The notes beneath the pieces are model-generated. The model was not told the origin of the DNA and searched no databases. It saw nothing but the letters and a program-made list of their open reading frames with translations. A DNA stretch of 64,000 nucleotides from Candidatus Bathyarchaeota archaeon (GTDB lineage Archaea; Thermoproteota; Bathyarchaeia; 40CM-2-53-6), in NCBI GenBank assembly GCA_963833125.1, contig CAWHWX010000004.1:160001-224000 (forward strand), written 5' to 3'. Shown piece by piece: positions 9,215 to 17,391 of this stretch (position 1 is its first letter; the number at the start of each line of letters is the position of its first letter). Both the position numbers and the translations under genes were made by a program.

Positions 9215-9385
9215 AACAAACTTCGCTTCGAAGCGAAGCCCCTAACACTCATGCAGAGTTGCCCGTAGTTCTAGAAATGCGTGAAGGGAAGGGGTACACT
9301 CTCAATTACGAGGGGTGATGAGCCGTTATGGCGGAACCTAGAGAGGAGCCCTCTGAGTTTAAGGATGCATGTTGGCCGCAACGAT

Positions 9386-9613
9386 TCAGGAGGACCGTTT
9401 CGAAGTACTGTGTCTTCCTGAGCTTTTTTCACGCAGCTGACCGTACACCCATTTGCTGATGTTAGCTTCTGTAGCATGTTTTTCCAACCATTCTTTGATC
9501 GCCAGCTCGATAGCGCTGCTTAGATCGCCCTTCTTTCCTCCGAGAATTGTGACAACGGCCAGTCGGAGTCTGCGTTCGGTTTCGTCAGAAAGAACTATAA
9601 ACATTTTTCCCAA
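9386..9613 (-). CDS. RHH/CopG-like DNA-binding protein, copy 3 (75 aa)
   Basis: MGKMFIVLSDETERRLRLAVVTILGGKKGDLSSAIELAIKEWLEKH. Confidence 0.8.
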   Translation of the reverse strand: MGKMFIVLSDETERRLRLAVVTILGGKKGDLSSAIELAIKEWLEKHATEANISKWVYGQLREKSSGRHSTSKRSS

Positions 9614-9655
9614 AAATCCACATTCCCTAAGGCTTACTATATTCAGCGTTATCGT

Positions 9656-9676
9656 TATAAATATATAACCTTATAA
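9656..9676. promoter_or_regulatory. Divergent promoter/operator with three 8-bp-spaced TATA units
   Basis: TATA at 9656, 9664 and 9672, between RHH copy 3 and gene 9713. Confidence 0.55.
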
Positions 9677-9712
9677 GCGCAGTTCAACAATGTACGGCCT
9701 GAGTTAATTGAT

Positions 9713-9967
9713 ATGAGCAAAATCTATTCCATGATAGCGCCGTTACTTGGCCTAAGTCTAATTCGAATCCTTAACGCGATAGGTGTGAATCAGAATGCAG
9801 GTACGATGGTTAATTCAGCGTACCAGTGGCTGCTGACTCTAAACCCAATCGTTATGATAATACTAGGCATAATCGTATTCTTTGCGGGCAAGCTAGCGAA
9901 ATGGGTCGGAATCATATTGGTCATCGTGGGACTAATCTTCCTCGCGCTGCCATACCTACACCTTTAG
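9713..9967 (+). CDS. Small membrane protein
   Basis: 84 aa with 2-3 hydrophobic helices. Confidence 0.7.
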   Translation: MSKIYSMIAPLLGLSLIRILNAIGVNQNAGTMVNSAYQWLLTLNPIVMIILGIIVFFAGKLAKWVGIILVIVGLIFLALPYLHL

Positions 9968-9994
9968 ATTTAGAACTCAAAGGGATGATCTTCG

Positions 9995-10312
9995 ATGGCT
10001 AACGCTTCCTTGGGAAAGGCTGCATACTATCTAGCATTAATCGGCGGAGTAATCCTCATAATCCAAGGGATTCTGAGTTTCGTGGGAATGGCTTTCATGA
10101 TGTTCATGCCATCCTTGCTTGGAGCCCTCGGTGGAGCCTTCTGGGGAATCATTGAAATCATCCTCGGCCTTGTTGCCATCTATGGATCCAAACGTCTTCC
10201 CGACCTCATGTGGGATATCATTCTCATAGTGGTTGGCGTGCTCGGAGGCGGCCTTGGCGGTATACTAGTACTCCTGGGCGGCATAGTCGGCTTACTATGC
10301 AAGTTCCTCTAA
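9995..10312 (+). CDS. Gly-rich small membrane protein
   Basis: 105 aa, several TM helices, GxxxG-rich. Confidence 0.75.
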   Translation: MANASLGKAAYYLALIGGVILIIQGILSFVGMAFMMFMPSLLGALGGAFWGIIEIILGLVAIYGSKRLPDLMWDIILIVVGVLGGGLGGILVLLGGIVGLLCKFL

Positions 10313-10389
10313 ATCAGATCACCGTGAAGGAGCACGCACACATTATCTTGTGTATCCCCCTCCCTCGACCGACCGGAGTGTGAAACAAC

Positions 10390-13117
10390 TTGAGCGAAAA
10401 AGGAAGGAGAACTTCACTTCAAGCAGCAGTAATCCTTCTTACAATATTTTCCTTTTCCGTCATGGCGGTAAACGCACAACAACTACTTCCCACATTCGCC
10501 TTAGCCGCTACACCTTCGAGTTTGAATCTAGTCGCAGGCTCGCAAGCGAACGTAGTTGTAACCGTCACTTCGTTGAACGGATTCAGTGATCCAGTGCAAC
10601 TGTTTTTCTCAGTCCTTCCGGTTGGTGTCACAGCTAATTTCAACTCAAATCCCGTTACGCCGCCTGCGGGAGGTACCTTGACTACAACCGCGTCGTTCAC
10701 CGCGGATTCAAATGTGGCAGGTAACACATACTACCTCACACTTGTTGGATCGAGCGGTTCAACTATCCACACATATGCATTTAACCTGCAAGTAACACCC
10801 AAGACTCTCCCGCAGGACTTCGCGCTTTCTCCATCCCCGACAGTTGTCAACATACTGCCTGGCGGACAAGGATCCACCACCGTCACCGTCTTCTCCCTCA
10901 ACGGTTTCTCTACAAGCGTGTCCTTGGTACATAGCGGGGAACCATCCGGTGTGTCTTTGAGTTTCTCGGAAAACCAATTGTTCCCTCCCCCGGGCGTTAC
11001 GAGCCCTTATGTTACATCATCTAGTTCAGTGCTTTCGATCTCCGTCCAGTCGTGGGTGGCCGTTGGACTCTATCCAATCGCCGTAACCGGTACAAGCGGC
11101 CCGTTAGGTATCCCTCAAAGCGTAATCGTTCATTCGACCCAGCTCACTTTGCAGGTGGTTTCAGCTAAGGATTTCAATATCGCAGTTGCGCCTTCGAGTC
11201 TAAGCATTCAGCCTGGCACATCTACTACCGCCACGGTAACCGTGGGCTCTTACAGCGGATTCTCTTCTGCCGTGCAACTAACATCCAATAGTCCTCCCGG
11301 GATTTCTTTGAATTTCTCACCAAATCCGATGACCGAATTATCTGGTGGGGCAGCAACCGCAACCGCGACCGTATCAGTCAGTTCGTCGACTAGTTCGGGA
11401 ACGTATTCGATGCAGATTATTGGGACCAGCGGAGGGTTAACGCACAGCACACCGTTCACGATTATCGTATCTCAAACTGCGAGCCCAGACTTTACTATTA
11501 CCTCTTCGTCCGTTCCGATCGGAGTTAATCAAGGAGCGAGCTCAGGAGGAACTGTTTATGTGTCCTCGGTCAACCACTTTACGTCGCCCATTACCCTGTC
11601 CGCATCCTGGTTTGGCATGTCCCCTCAAGGCCTATCTTTCACTATTCCTGGGTCTGCCACTCCGCCCGACGATGGGTCTTCCCCCGCTGCCGTAACATTT
11701 TCCGCGTCGACTACGACTCAACCAGGAACATATACGCTCAACGTAGTGGGGACGAGTGGTTCGCTTAGCCATTCGGTGAATATCTTGGTCCAGGTCCTGG
11801 TATTCGGAGGCGACTTCAGCGTCTCAGTTTCACCGACACCGATTAGTGTGATTCAAGGTTCACAAGGAACCTCAACTGTTACGGTGCAAGCCTCCGGAAC
11901 ATTCTCCTCTCCTGTCACTCTCACAACAGCCGCTGTGAACGGATTGAGTGTAAGCTTCAATGCGAGCCCTATACCTGTCTCGTTGGCCGGAACCGCAGCC
12001 GCCCAGGTTGTCGTATCGGTCGCAGGATTTACACCAACGGGAACCTACACGATACCGATTATTGCAACAAGCGGATCCCTTTCGCATTCCACAAGCTTGG
12101 CGGTGACCGTGATTCGGGCTGGCTTGCAAGACTTTGCAATTGGAATTTCGTCAGCGACGATCATGATAAATCAGGGAAGTTCAGCGGCGGCAACGGTATC
12201 TGTCTATTCACAAAACGCATTCAGTTCCAGTGTCTCACTGTCAGCTTCCTGGAATAGCATAGTTCCTGGCGGAGTCACGATCAACCTCTACGGGCCTGTA
12301 ACCCCGTTGCCAAACGCAGTTGCCTCCTCGACTCTAACCATAACCACTTCCCCTACGGCCACAACGGGAAGCTACCTGCTACAGGTCACCGGGTTCAGTG
12401 GAGTGCTTGTACACACAGCGAACGTGACTATTCAGATCACGTCACCTTCAGCTACCGTTACAACTGTTAGCGGTACATCCACTAGCGGAACGTCTACTAG
12501 CGGCACATCGACCAGCGGTACATCCACTAGCCCAAGTAGTGCGCCTCCCGCATGCCTCATCGCGACTGCAACATATGGTTCACAAGTCGCACCTGAGGTT
12601 CAGTTGCTCCGCAACTTCCGTGATAACTCTATCATGGAAACCAAATCGGGGTCCAATTTCATGCTAGTTTTCAACGCCTGGTACTATTCATTCAGCCCCG
12701 GTGTCGCCGCATACTTGAACACACACTGGGTTGAACGAACAGCAATGAAAGGCGTCCTCTATCCCCTCGTAGGAATCCTATACCTAACATCAGACCTGTT
12801 CTCGGCAACCTCTTCCTACCCCGAATTTGCTGTACTAATATCCGGCCTCCTAGCAAGTTCCCTAATCGGCGCTTTCTACTTGGGAATACCATTGGCTGTG
12901 TTGAGAGCTAGAGTCAGGCGTCTCCGCAATTGGAAGGGCCAGGCAGATGCTTGAGATAGCGCTCGCTGCCATGCTGTTTGGTGGATTAGGAACCCTCGCG
13001 TTCGGAGAACTGTTCTCATCACAACCAGCCCTCATAATATCGACAACTACGATAGTACTTTCAACACTATTCATGTCCTCAGTAATAGTATCCGAGAGAC
13101 TCGCCAATCGACTCTAG
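10390..13117 (+). CDS. Ser/Thr-rich surface protein: six ~105-aa Ig-like repeats plus CFI-box-CTERM domain; frameshift near 12945
   Basis: Signal peptide; repeats begin TF/DF-x-L/I/V and end GxSG...HS/HT; CLIATATYGSQVAPEVQLLRNFRD; TM tail continues in another frame to TAG 13117. Confidence 0.85.
12469..12528 (+). repeat. 4 x 15-bp coding repeat (SGTST linker)
   Basis: AGCGGTACATCCACT-like units with synonymous variation. Confidence 0.85.
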
Positions 13118-13376
13118 AAATCAGAACCGTCAGAAAACCGCCCGAATGCAAATCCGGTGAGCATCAAGTCTCACTTCATACGCCGAGTTATGTGCCGAAT
13201 TTCGGCGTACCTACGTAACTAGCAAGCAACTAATTGACCTAACGCCCGCGCACGATAAGATCTACCGAAGTTTACCTTTGAGCCCTCGAGTGACTGCGAC
13301 AGAGGTTTACCCGTTCGTGTTCACAACCATCGCTTAGTCTACTTGTGGCATCTCAATGATGCAAAAGGAAAAATGT

Positions 13377-13401
13377 ACGATTAAGCAATCCGCTTAATCG
13401 T
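13377..13401 (-). terminator. Hairpin terminator of the CsbD-like gene
   Basis: ACGATTAAGC-AATCC-GCTTAATCGT 10-bp stem, followed by a T-rich tract on the minus strand. Confidence 0.55.
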
Positions 13402-13417
13402 CAGATAGAAATTCAGG

Positions 13418-13567
13418 TTAAATCGATGCCTTAGCCTTTTGCCATCTTTCGCGAACCTTTCCTACGCGCTGTTGATACTTACCCTTCATCATCTGACCTA
13501 TATTCAATGTCGCTCTGCCTTGTAGTTCGCGAATCTTACCCCTTATCTGCTGGTTTTTACCATTCAT
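13418..13567 (-). CDS. CsbD-like general stress protein (49 aa)
   Basis: Hand-translated: MNGKNQQIRGKIRELQGRATLNIGQMMKGKYQQRVGKVRERWQKAKASI; AGGTGA RBS; CsbD-type GK..E..G and GK..Q..GK..E pattern. Confidence 0.65.
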   Translation of the reverse strand: MNGKNQQIRGKIRELQGRATLNIGQMMKGKYQQRVGKVRERWQKAKASI

Positions 13568-13792
13568 GAGTTCTTTTCACCTTCTTTCCAAATATATAGA
13601 TATCAGTACACATATGTAAGCATTGTTCCGCATAACCTAGGGCTTGAATGTTACCTGTGCAATCCAGCTCTTGCCGCCGTCCCTTCTCAAAAACAGTATA
13701 GCAATTAATTGAAGGCCAGATCCACCGGATGATTTGAGCCCAATCGGTCGTAGAAACCCTTATCGGAGCAAGTCTCTTGTTTTGCTAAACGA

Positions 13793-14470
13793 ATGGTTTT
13801 GTCGACTCAAGCTAAACAAGAGATTAGAATCAAACCGAGTCTTGTGCCATTCGCTTGGAAAGGCTTTGTCATAATATTATTGGGCATCGTGGTTTTCGGT
13901 GTGAGCTTTGTTCTCCAGTTTCCATCACCATCTGTTGGTTCTCTTCTAACCCTTGCAGCCTTGGCATTAATTGGCTTAGGCCTCCTGGTTGTTTTGATTG
14001 GTGTTGTTCGTAGGAATGCATTCACGTATCTGATTACTGACTCGGATGTTGTTGTGAAGAGGCAGTTGTTGCGACGTAGTATTCGTCGTATTCCGTTCTC
14101 GTCTATTAGCGATGTGCAGGTTTCGCAGAGTATTGTGGGTCGATTGGCAAGATTTGGCGACATTGTTCCTGTTACGAAGAGTGGCTACGGTTTAGTTCGC
14201 GGGACGGAACCTGGTGAAAACATAGTCGCAGAAATGGCCAATGTCCCGAACCCGGACAAGGTAGCTGATTTGATCATGTCCAGATTACTGCGCCGGCAAA
14301 GCCGATTAGCACCAGCGACCTTTTCGATCATTGGCGATGGGGAAAGCGGACACGCACTACGTTCGGAACATGACGTGCTCGGGACCTGCCATTATCTCAT
14401 GCCTAGGTTTATTTTCAGAGAAGTGTGTCACGGAACACGATCTCTTATCACCGTATGTATGCTCGTATGA
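13793..14470 (+). CDS. Membrane-flanked PH-like (bPH_2) domain protein; C-terminus may be extended by an indel
   Basis: Two TM helices, then YLITD...IPFSSISDVQVSQSIVGRLARFGDI. Confidence 0.75.
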   Translation: MVLSTQAKQEIRIKPSLVPFAWKGFVIILLGIVVFGVSFVLQFPSPSVGSLLTLAALALIGLGLLVVLIGVVRRNAFTYLITDSDVVVKRQLLRRSIRRIPFSSISDVQVSQSIVGRLARFGDIVPVTKSGYGLVRGTEPGENIVAEMANVPNPDKVADLIMSRLLRRQSRLAPATFSIIGDGESGHALRSEHDVLGTCHYLMPRFIFREVCHGTRSLITVCMLV

Positions 14471-14631
14471 ACTCAACCCGCGGGGGTGACAATTCGGCCA
14501 TGTTTTATTTGTATTTGATCGTTGTTCGAATAGATTGCAGTAACAGCATCGGGCCCATGTTCTTGCGTCTGGCAGTTTGACGATATAGATATGTAGCGCA
14601 ATTCAACTATGTTACGTCCTGAGGCGAATCG

Positions 14632-14787
14632 TTGTTGGACCTATTAGTGGCCATAATCGTGGTTATCGTGATTCTCTGGCTACTGGGACTCATTGCCGGT
14701 ATCGGCGGATTTCTGATCAACATATTGCTCGTCATAGCGGTCATAGTGATAATAGTTAGATTACTTCAAGGCCGTCGGATATTGTAA
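14632..14787 (+). CDS. lmo0937-family small membrane protein (51 aa)
   Basis: Hand-translated: MLDLLVAIIVVIVILWLLGLIAGIGGFLINILLVIAVIVIIVRLLQGRRIL; LWLLG...GG..I.ILLVIA...GRR pattern. Confidence 0.75.
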   Translation: MLDLLVAIIVVIVILWLLGLIAGIGGFLINILLVIAVIVIIVRLLQGRRIL

Positions 14788-14801
14788 TAGGAGTTCTTGT
14801 T

Positions 14802-15020
14802 ATGAGTTATTCGAACAATTACTGCGATAAGTGCGGCGCCAACCTTAAGCCCCAGTTCAAGTTCCGTGGGAACCAGCCCATGCTGTTCTACTGTTTGCAG
14901 TGCAAAGCCCCTAGAACCGTCCCGGCCACAGACCATAAGCAACGAACCGACTACGCAATGGCTGATTGCCCCACATGCGGCTCAAAAATGAGCACATACG
15001 AAGCGAACCCTTCAGGATAG
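14802..15020 (+). CDS. Zinc-ribbon protein (DUF5679-like C-terminal part)
   Basis: YCDKCG, FYCLQCK...CPTCGSKM; GGAG RBS. Confidence 0.7.
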   Translation: MSYSNNYCDKCGANLKPQFKFRGNQPMLFYCLQCKAPRTVPATDHKQRTDYAMADCPTCGSKMSTYEANPSG

Positions 15021-15063
15021 AAGGGACAAAACCTGAAAAACAGATTGAAGAGGTGATTTCAAG

Positions 15064-15192
15064 ATGGCGAAGAAGAGTAGAGGCGGCAGAATGACCGCGG
15101 CGAAGGCTGCGGCGAAGAAGCGTGCCGCTAAGTCGAGGGTTGCGGCGAAAAGGCGTGCCGCTAAGTCGGCTCGGAACATCATGAGGACTTAA
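15064..15192 (+). CDS. Histone-H1-like Ala/Lys/Arg peptide (42 aa)
   Basis: GAGGTGA RBS; MAKKSRGGRMTAAKAAAKKRAAKSRVAAKRRAAKSARNIMRT; 16 K/R and no acidic residue. Confidence 0.65.
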   Translation: MAKKSRGGRMTAAKAAAKKRAAKSRVAAKRRAAKSARNIMRT

Positions 15193-15198
15193 TGGTGG

Positions 15199-15380
15199 TT
15201 ACATCATGCCTGGGGGCATTCCGCCAGGCATTCCTCCCGGCATCCCGTAGCGGCCTCCTGGAGGACCACCTTCCTTCATGCTTTTTGAAGAGAAGGATGT
15301 CATCTATCAGCAGAAGCATGTAGGCGGCTTCTGTGGCGATTTGACGGTTTGCTGTTTCACTCTGAGGGATTCGTCTATGT
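15199..15380 (-). pseudogene. Relic 3' end of a thermosome (group II chaperonin) gene
   Basis: Minus strand with two frameshifts reads ESLRVKQQTVKS/ATEAAYMLLLIDDIL/SSKSMKEGGPPGGRYGMPGGMPGGMPPGMM*, matching the chaperonin EPxxVKxQxxxSATEAAxMxLxIDD plus GGM tail; no upstream part. Confidence 0.8.
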
Positions 15381-16025
15381 TAGACGATCATCAAGTTGTA
15401 ATTTCTATGAATGAGGTAACGGCCTTGACCTAGACTCAGAGGCCTGTTCTTAGAGAGCCTCAAGATTGTGTGGCCTGCGCCACATGGTTTCTGGCTGTTA
15501 CCTCTGGTAACTATATGTCCTCCGCGCTATATTAACACACTAAGCTCTCCCTTTCGAACCCCACTCCGACAACCATAAGATTTCTTACATCCGAAATTTC
15601 ATGCGAACTCATGCGGAAAGACGACTTCCGCTTGAGCAAATTGAGGAGATCGACGGTCGACGTGCACATATCGCAGCGCTCGAAGCAATCCTTGGTTCTA
15701 GTCGTGAGCCCTCGTCGTTTTCCTTCTCTTTCTTCTTTTCGACTTATCTTCTTGATCTTGAGGCAATTTATTTCACGCAGCTAGGAATTTGCGATTCTCT
15801 TTCGTAATTCCTTTTTGTCATAAGATTTCGTGGCCCTCGTTCTGCTGTTCTCTTGTTTTCTTTCCTCTCGTCTCTTCCTTTCTGACTCTGCTTCTCTCCT
15901 TTCCTTTCACAACCGATCCCACACTAGCTACCGATGAGAAAGCCTATCGCCAAATGGACGTTTCACCGAAGTCAAGCGGCGATGCGAATAGAACCTTTCC
16001 TGTTCAGTACCAGAACCGCAAGTAA

Positions 16026-16148
16026 TCAGGGGTTCGGGCCAAGTCGCGGCTGCGTGAAGGATTCTCGGCATTGTTCTGAGCAGAATGCGTACCCCTCGTG
16101 TAGAACAGGTTTGTCGATTTTCTTACCGCAATTTGAACAATACGCCAT
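16026..16148 (-). CDS. TRASH/YHS-like 40-aa metal-binding protein
   Basis: Hand-translated: MAYCSNCGKKIDKPVLHEGYAFCSEQCRESFTQPRLGPNP; paralog of 1614-1835. Confidence 0.7.
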   Translation of the reverse strand: MAYCSNCGKKIDKPVLHEGYAFCSEQCRESFTQPRLGPNP

Positions 16149-16214
16149 GTGAGCTTCCTTTGTCCCTGCAGCCAACTCTCTACACACCATTTGCGATTTC
16201 TAATCATTACCTCT

Positions 16215-16364
16215 ATGTCAAGCGTCTTCTACAAACTTTTTGGATTTGGGGTTCGGCTAGCCAAACGACCCAAAGCATGGTATAGGCGAAGGATCCCCAG
16301 ACAACAAACGGCGACTGTAACTGTCGATGGCGAGAATTACCCTCTAAAGGATGATGGAGCATAA
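16215..16364 (+). CDS. Small hypothetical protein
   Basis: 49-aa ATG ORF divergent from the TRASH peptide. Confidence 0.3.
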   Translation: MSSVFYKLFGFGVRLAKRPKAWYRRRIPRQQTATVTVDGENYPLKDDGA

Positions 16365-16529
16365 CGGTGTGCTTTGCAATTCAAGCAAATATTAACAGGA
16401 AAAGTTCTTCAATTCGCAGCATGTTAGGAATCGATGGAAGGGTCTTGATTTGACGAGGCCAGAATGGCAGAAGAAACGGAAGAGAATGGCGAGTAGAGCG
16501 GGTCAAGCGAGCGGCAGGACGCGGTAGAT

Positions 16530-16677
16530 TTGGCACAAGTTGGGAAAGGCCTCGAAGACCAAAAATGCCCCAATTGCCATCGAATCAACTTACGCCCTCT
16601 GTGGAACCTGCGGGAAATGCAACAAGTGCTGTAATTGTAGCTCCCACACTAACCGCTCGGACACCGAGCCAGGTTAA
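16530..16677 (+). CDS. Possible Cys-rich micro-protein with one indel
   Basis: MAQVGKGLEDQKCPNCHR in one frame, YALCGTCGKCNKCCNCSSH in the next. Confidence 0.35.
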
Positions 16678-16733
16678 CGCACATGCGGGCAATTAATTTC
16701 GATCGACCTTAACAACCCTAGTTTGTTTTGCAA

Positions 16734-17228
16734 TCAGAATCTATGCCGACTCCGATGTCTCCTCGTGAGTCGTCGATTTTCCGCATCCTCGTAAACCTTA
16801 AACCAAGAGGGATGTTTGCCCACAAAGTCAACGAAGCGCTCCATCCGATTTACAGTATCTTTGTGGACGTGATGCTCGATGCCTTCCCGTCCAACTTCGC
16901 GTTGTTCTCTCCTACTCCCAGAATTTGAAGGAATCTGATTATTGTAGACGTGCTTCTGTTTAATGAACCGCGCCATCTCCTCCCCTTTGGCCGTGAGTCT
17001 AAGGCCGCGATAGCGTTCATAGACAATGAGTCCCATTCCATCCAATTTTTGAAGCATGTTCGTGACACTAGGAGTCTTAACGCCCAAACGTTCCGCAATG
17101 TCCGTTGACCCGGCGTAGCCTTTCGTCTGGACGAGGTCGTATACGACTTCAAGGTAGTCTTCAACCCGTGTGAGGTCGAACGCAGGGTTCAGTCGCGAAC
17201 CTTGAGTCATCACATTGACACTTCCCAT
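16734..17228 (-). CDS. mntR: DtxR/MntR-family metal-dependent regulator with internal compensating indels
   Basis: VEDYLEVVY, DIAERLGVKTPSVTNMLQKL, YERYRGLRLTAKG, EGIEHH; missing helix present in the 16850-17164 frame. Confidence 0.88.
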   Translation of the reverse strand: MGSVNVMTQGSRLNPAFDLTRVEDYLEVVYDLVQTKGYAGSTDIAERLGVKTPSVTNMLQKLDGMGLIVYERYRGLRLTAKGEEMARFIKQKHVYNNQIPSNSGSRREQREVGREGIEHHVHKDTVNRMERFVDFVGKHPSWFKVYEDAENRRLTRRHRSRHRF

Positions 17229-17391
17229 ACTGATGAGAAAAACAGGTAGTCATTAGACTGAATAATTCTGACAGGCTGAAACAAGGTTATGACTAGTGCG
17301 ATTCTTCTGTTGACGAATTCTTTCATCAGATTCTCGTAACCTCCTTCTTTCACCATCATTGCCCACGGTCAGTTTGTTCTTAGCAACTAGT

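Noticed and set aside
4919-9613. RHH genes as type II antitoxins or proviral/plasmid genes
   Set aside because: No PIN, RelE or MazF-like partner and no integrase, replication or capsid genes are recognisable in the window.
12469-12528. 15-bp tandem repeat as CRISPR or a contingency locus
   Set aside because: In-frame SGTST linker with synonymous divergence and no spacers.
15206-15433. + strand MPGGIPPGIPPGIP-TAG-RPPGG as amber (pyrrolysine) readthrough
   Set aside because: It is the antisense of the thermosome GGM tail on the minus strand.
15698-15910. Two purine-rich minus-strand micro-ORFs (30 and 22 aa, K/R/E-rich)
   Set aside because: Too short and low-complexity, with no family signal; not supportable without expression data.
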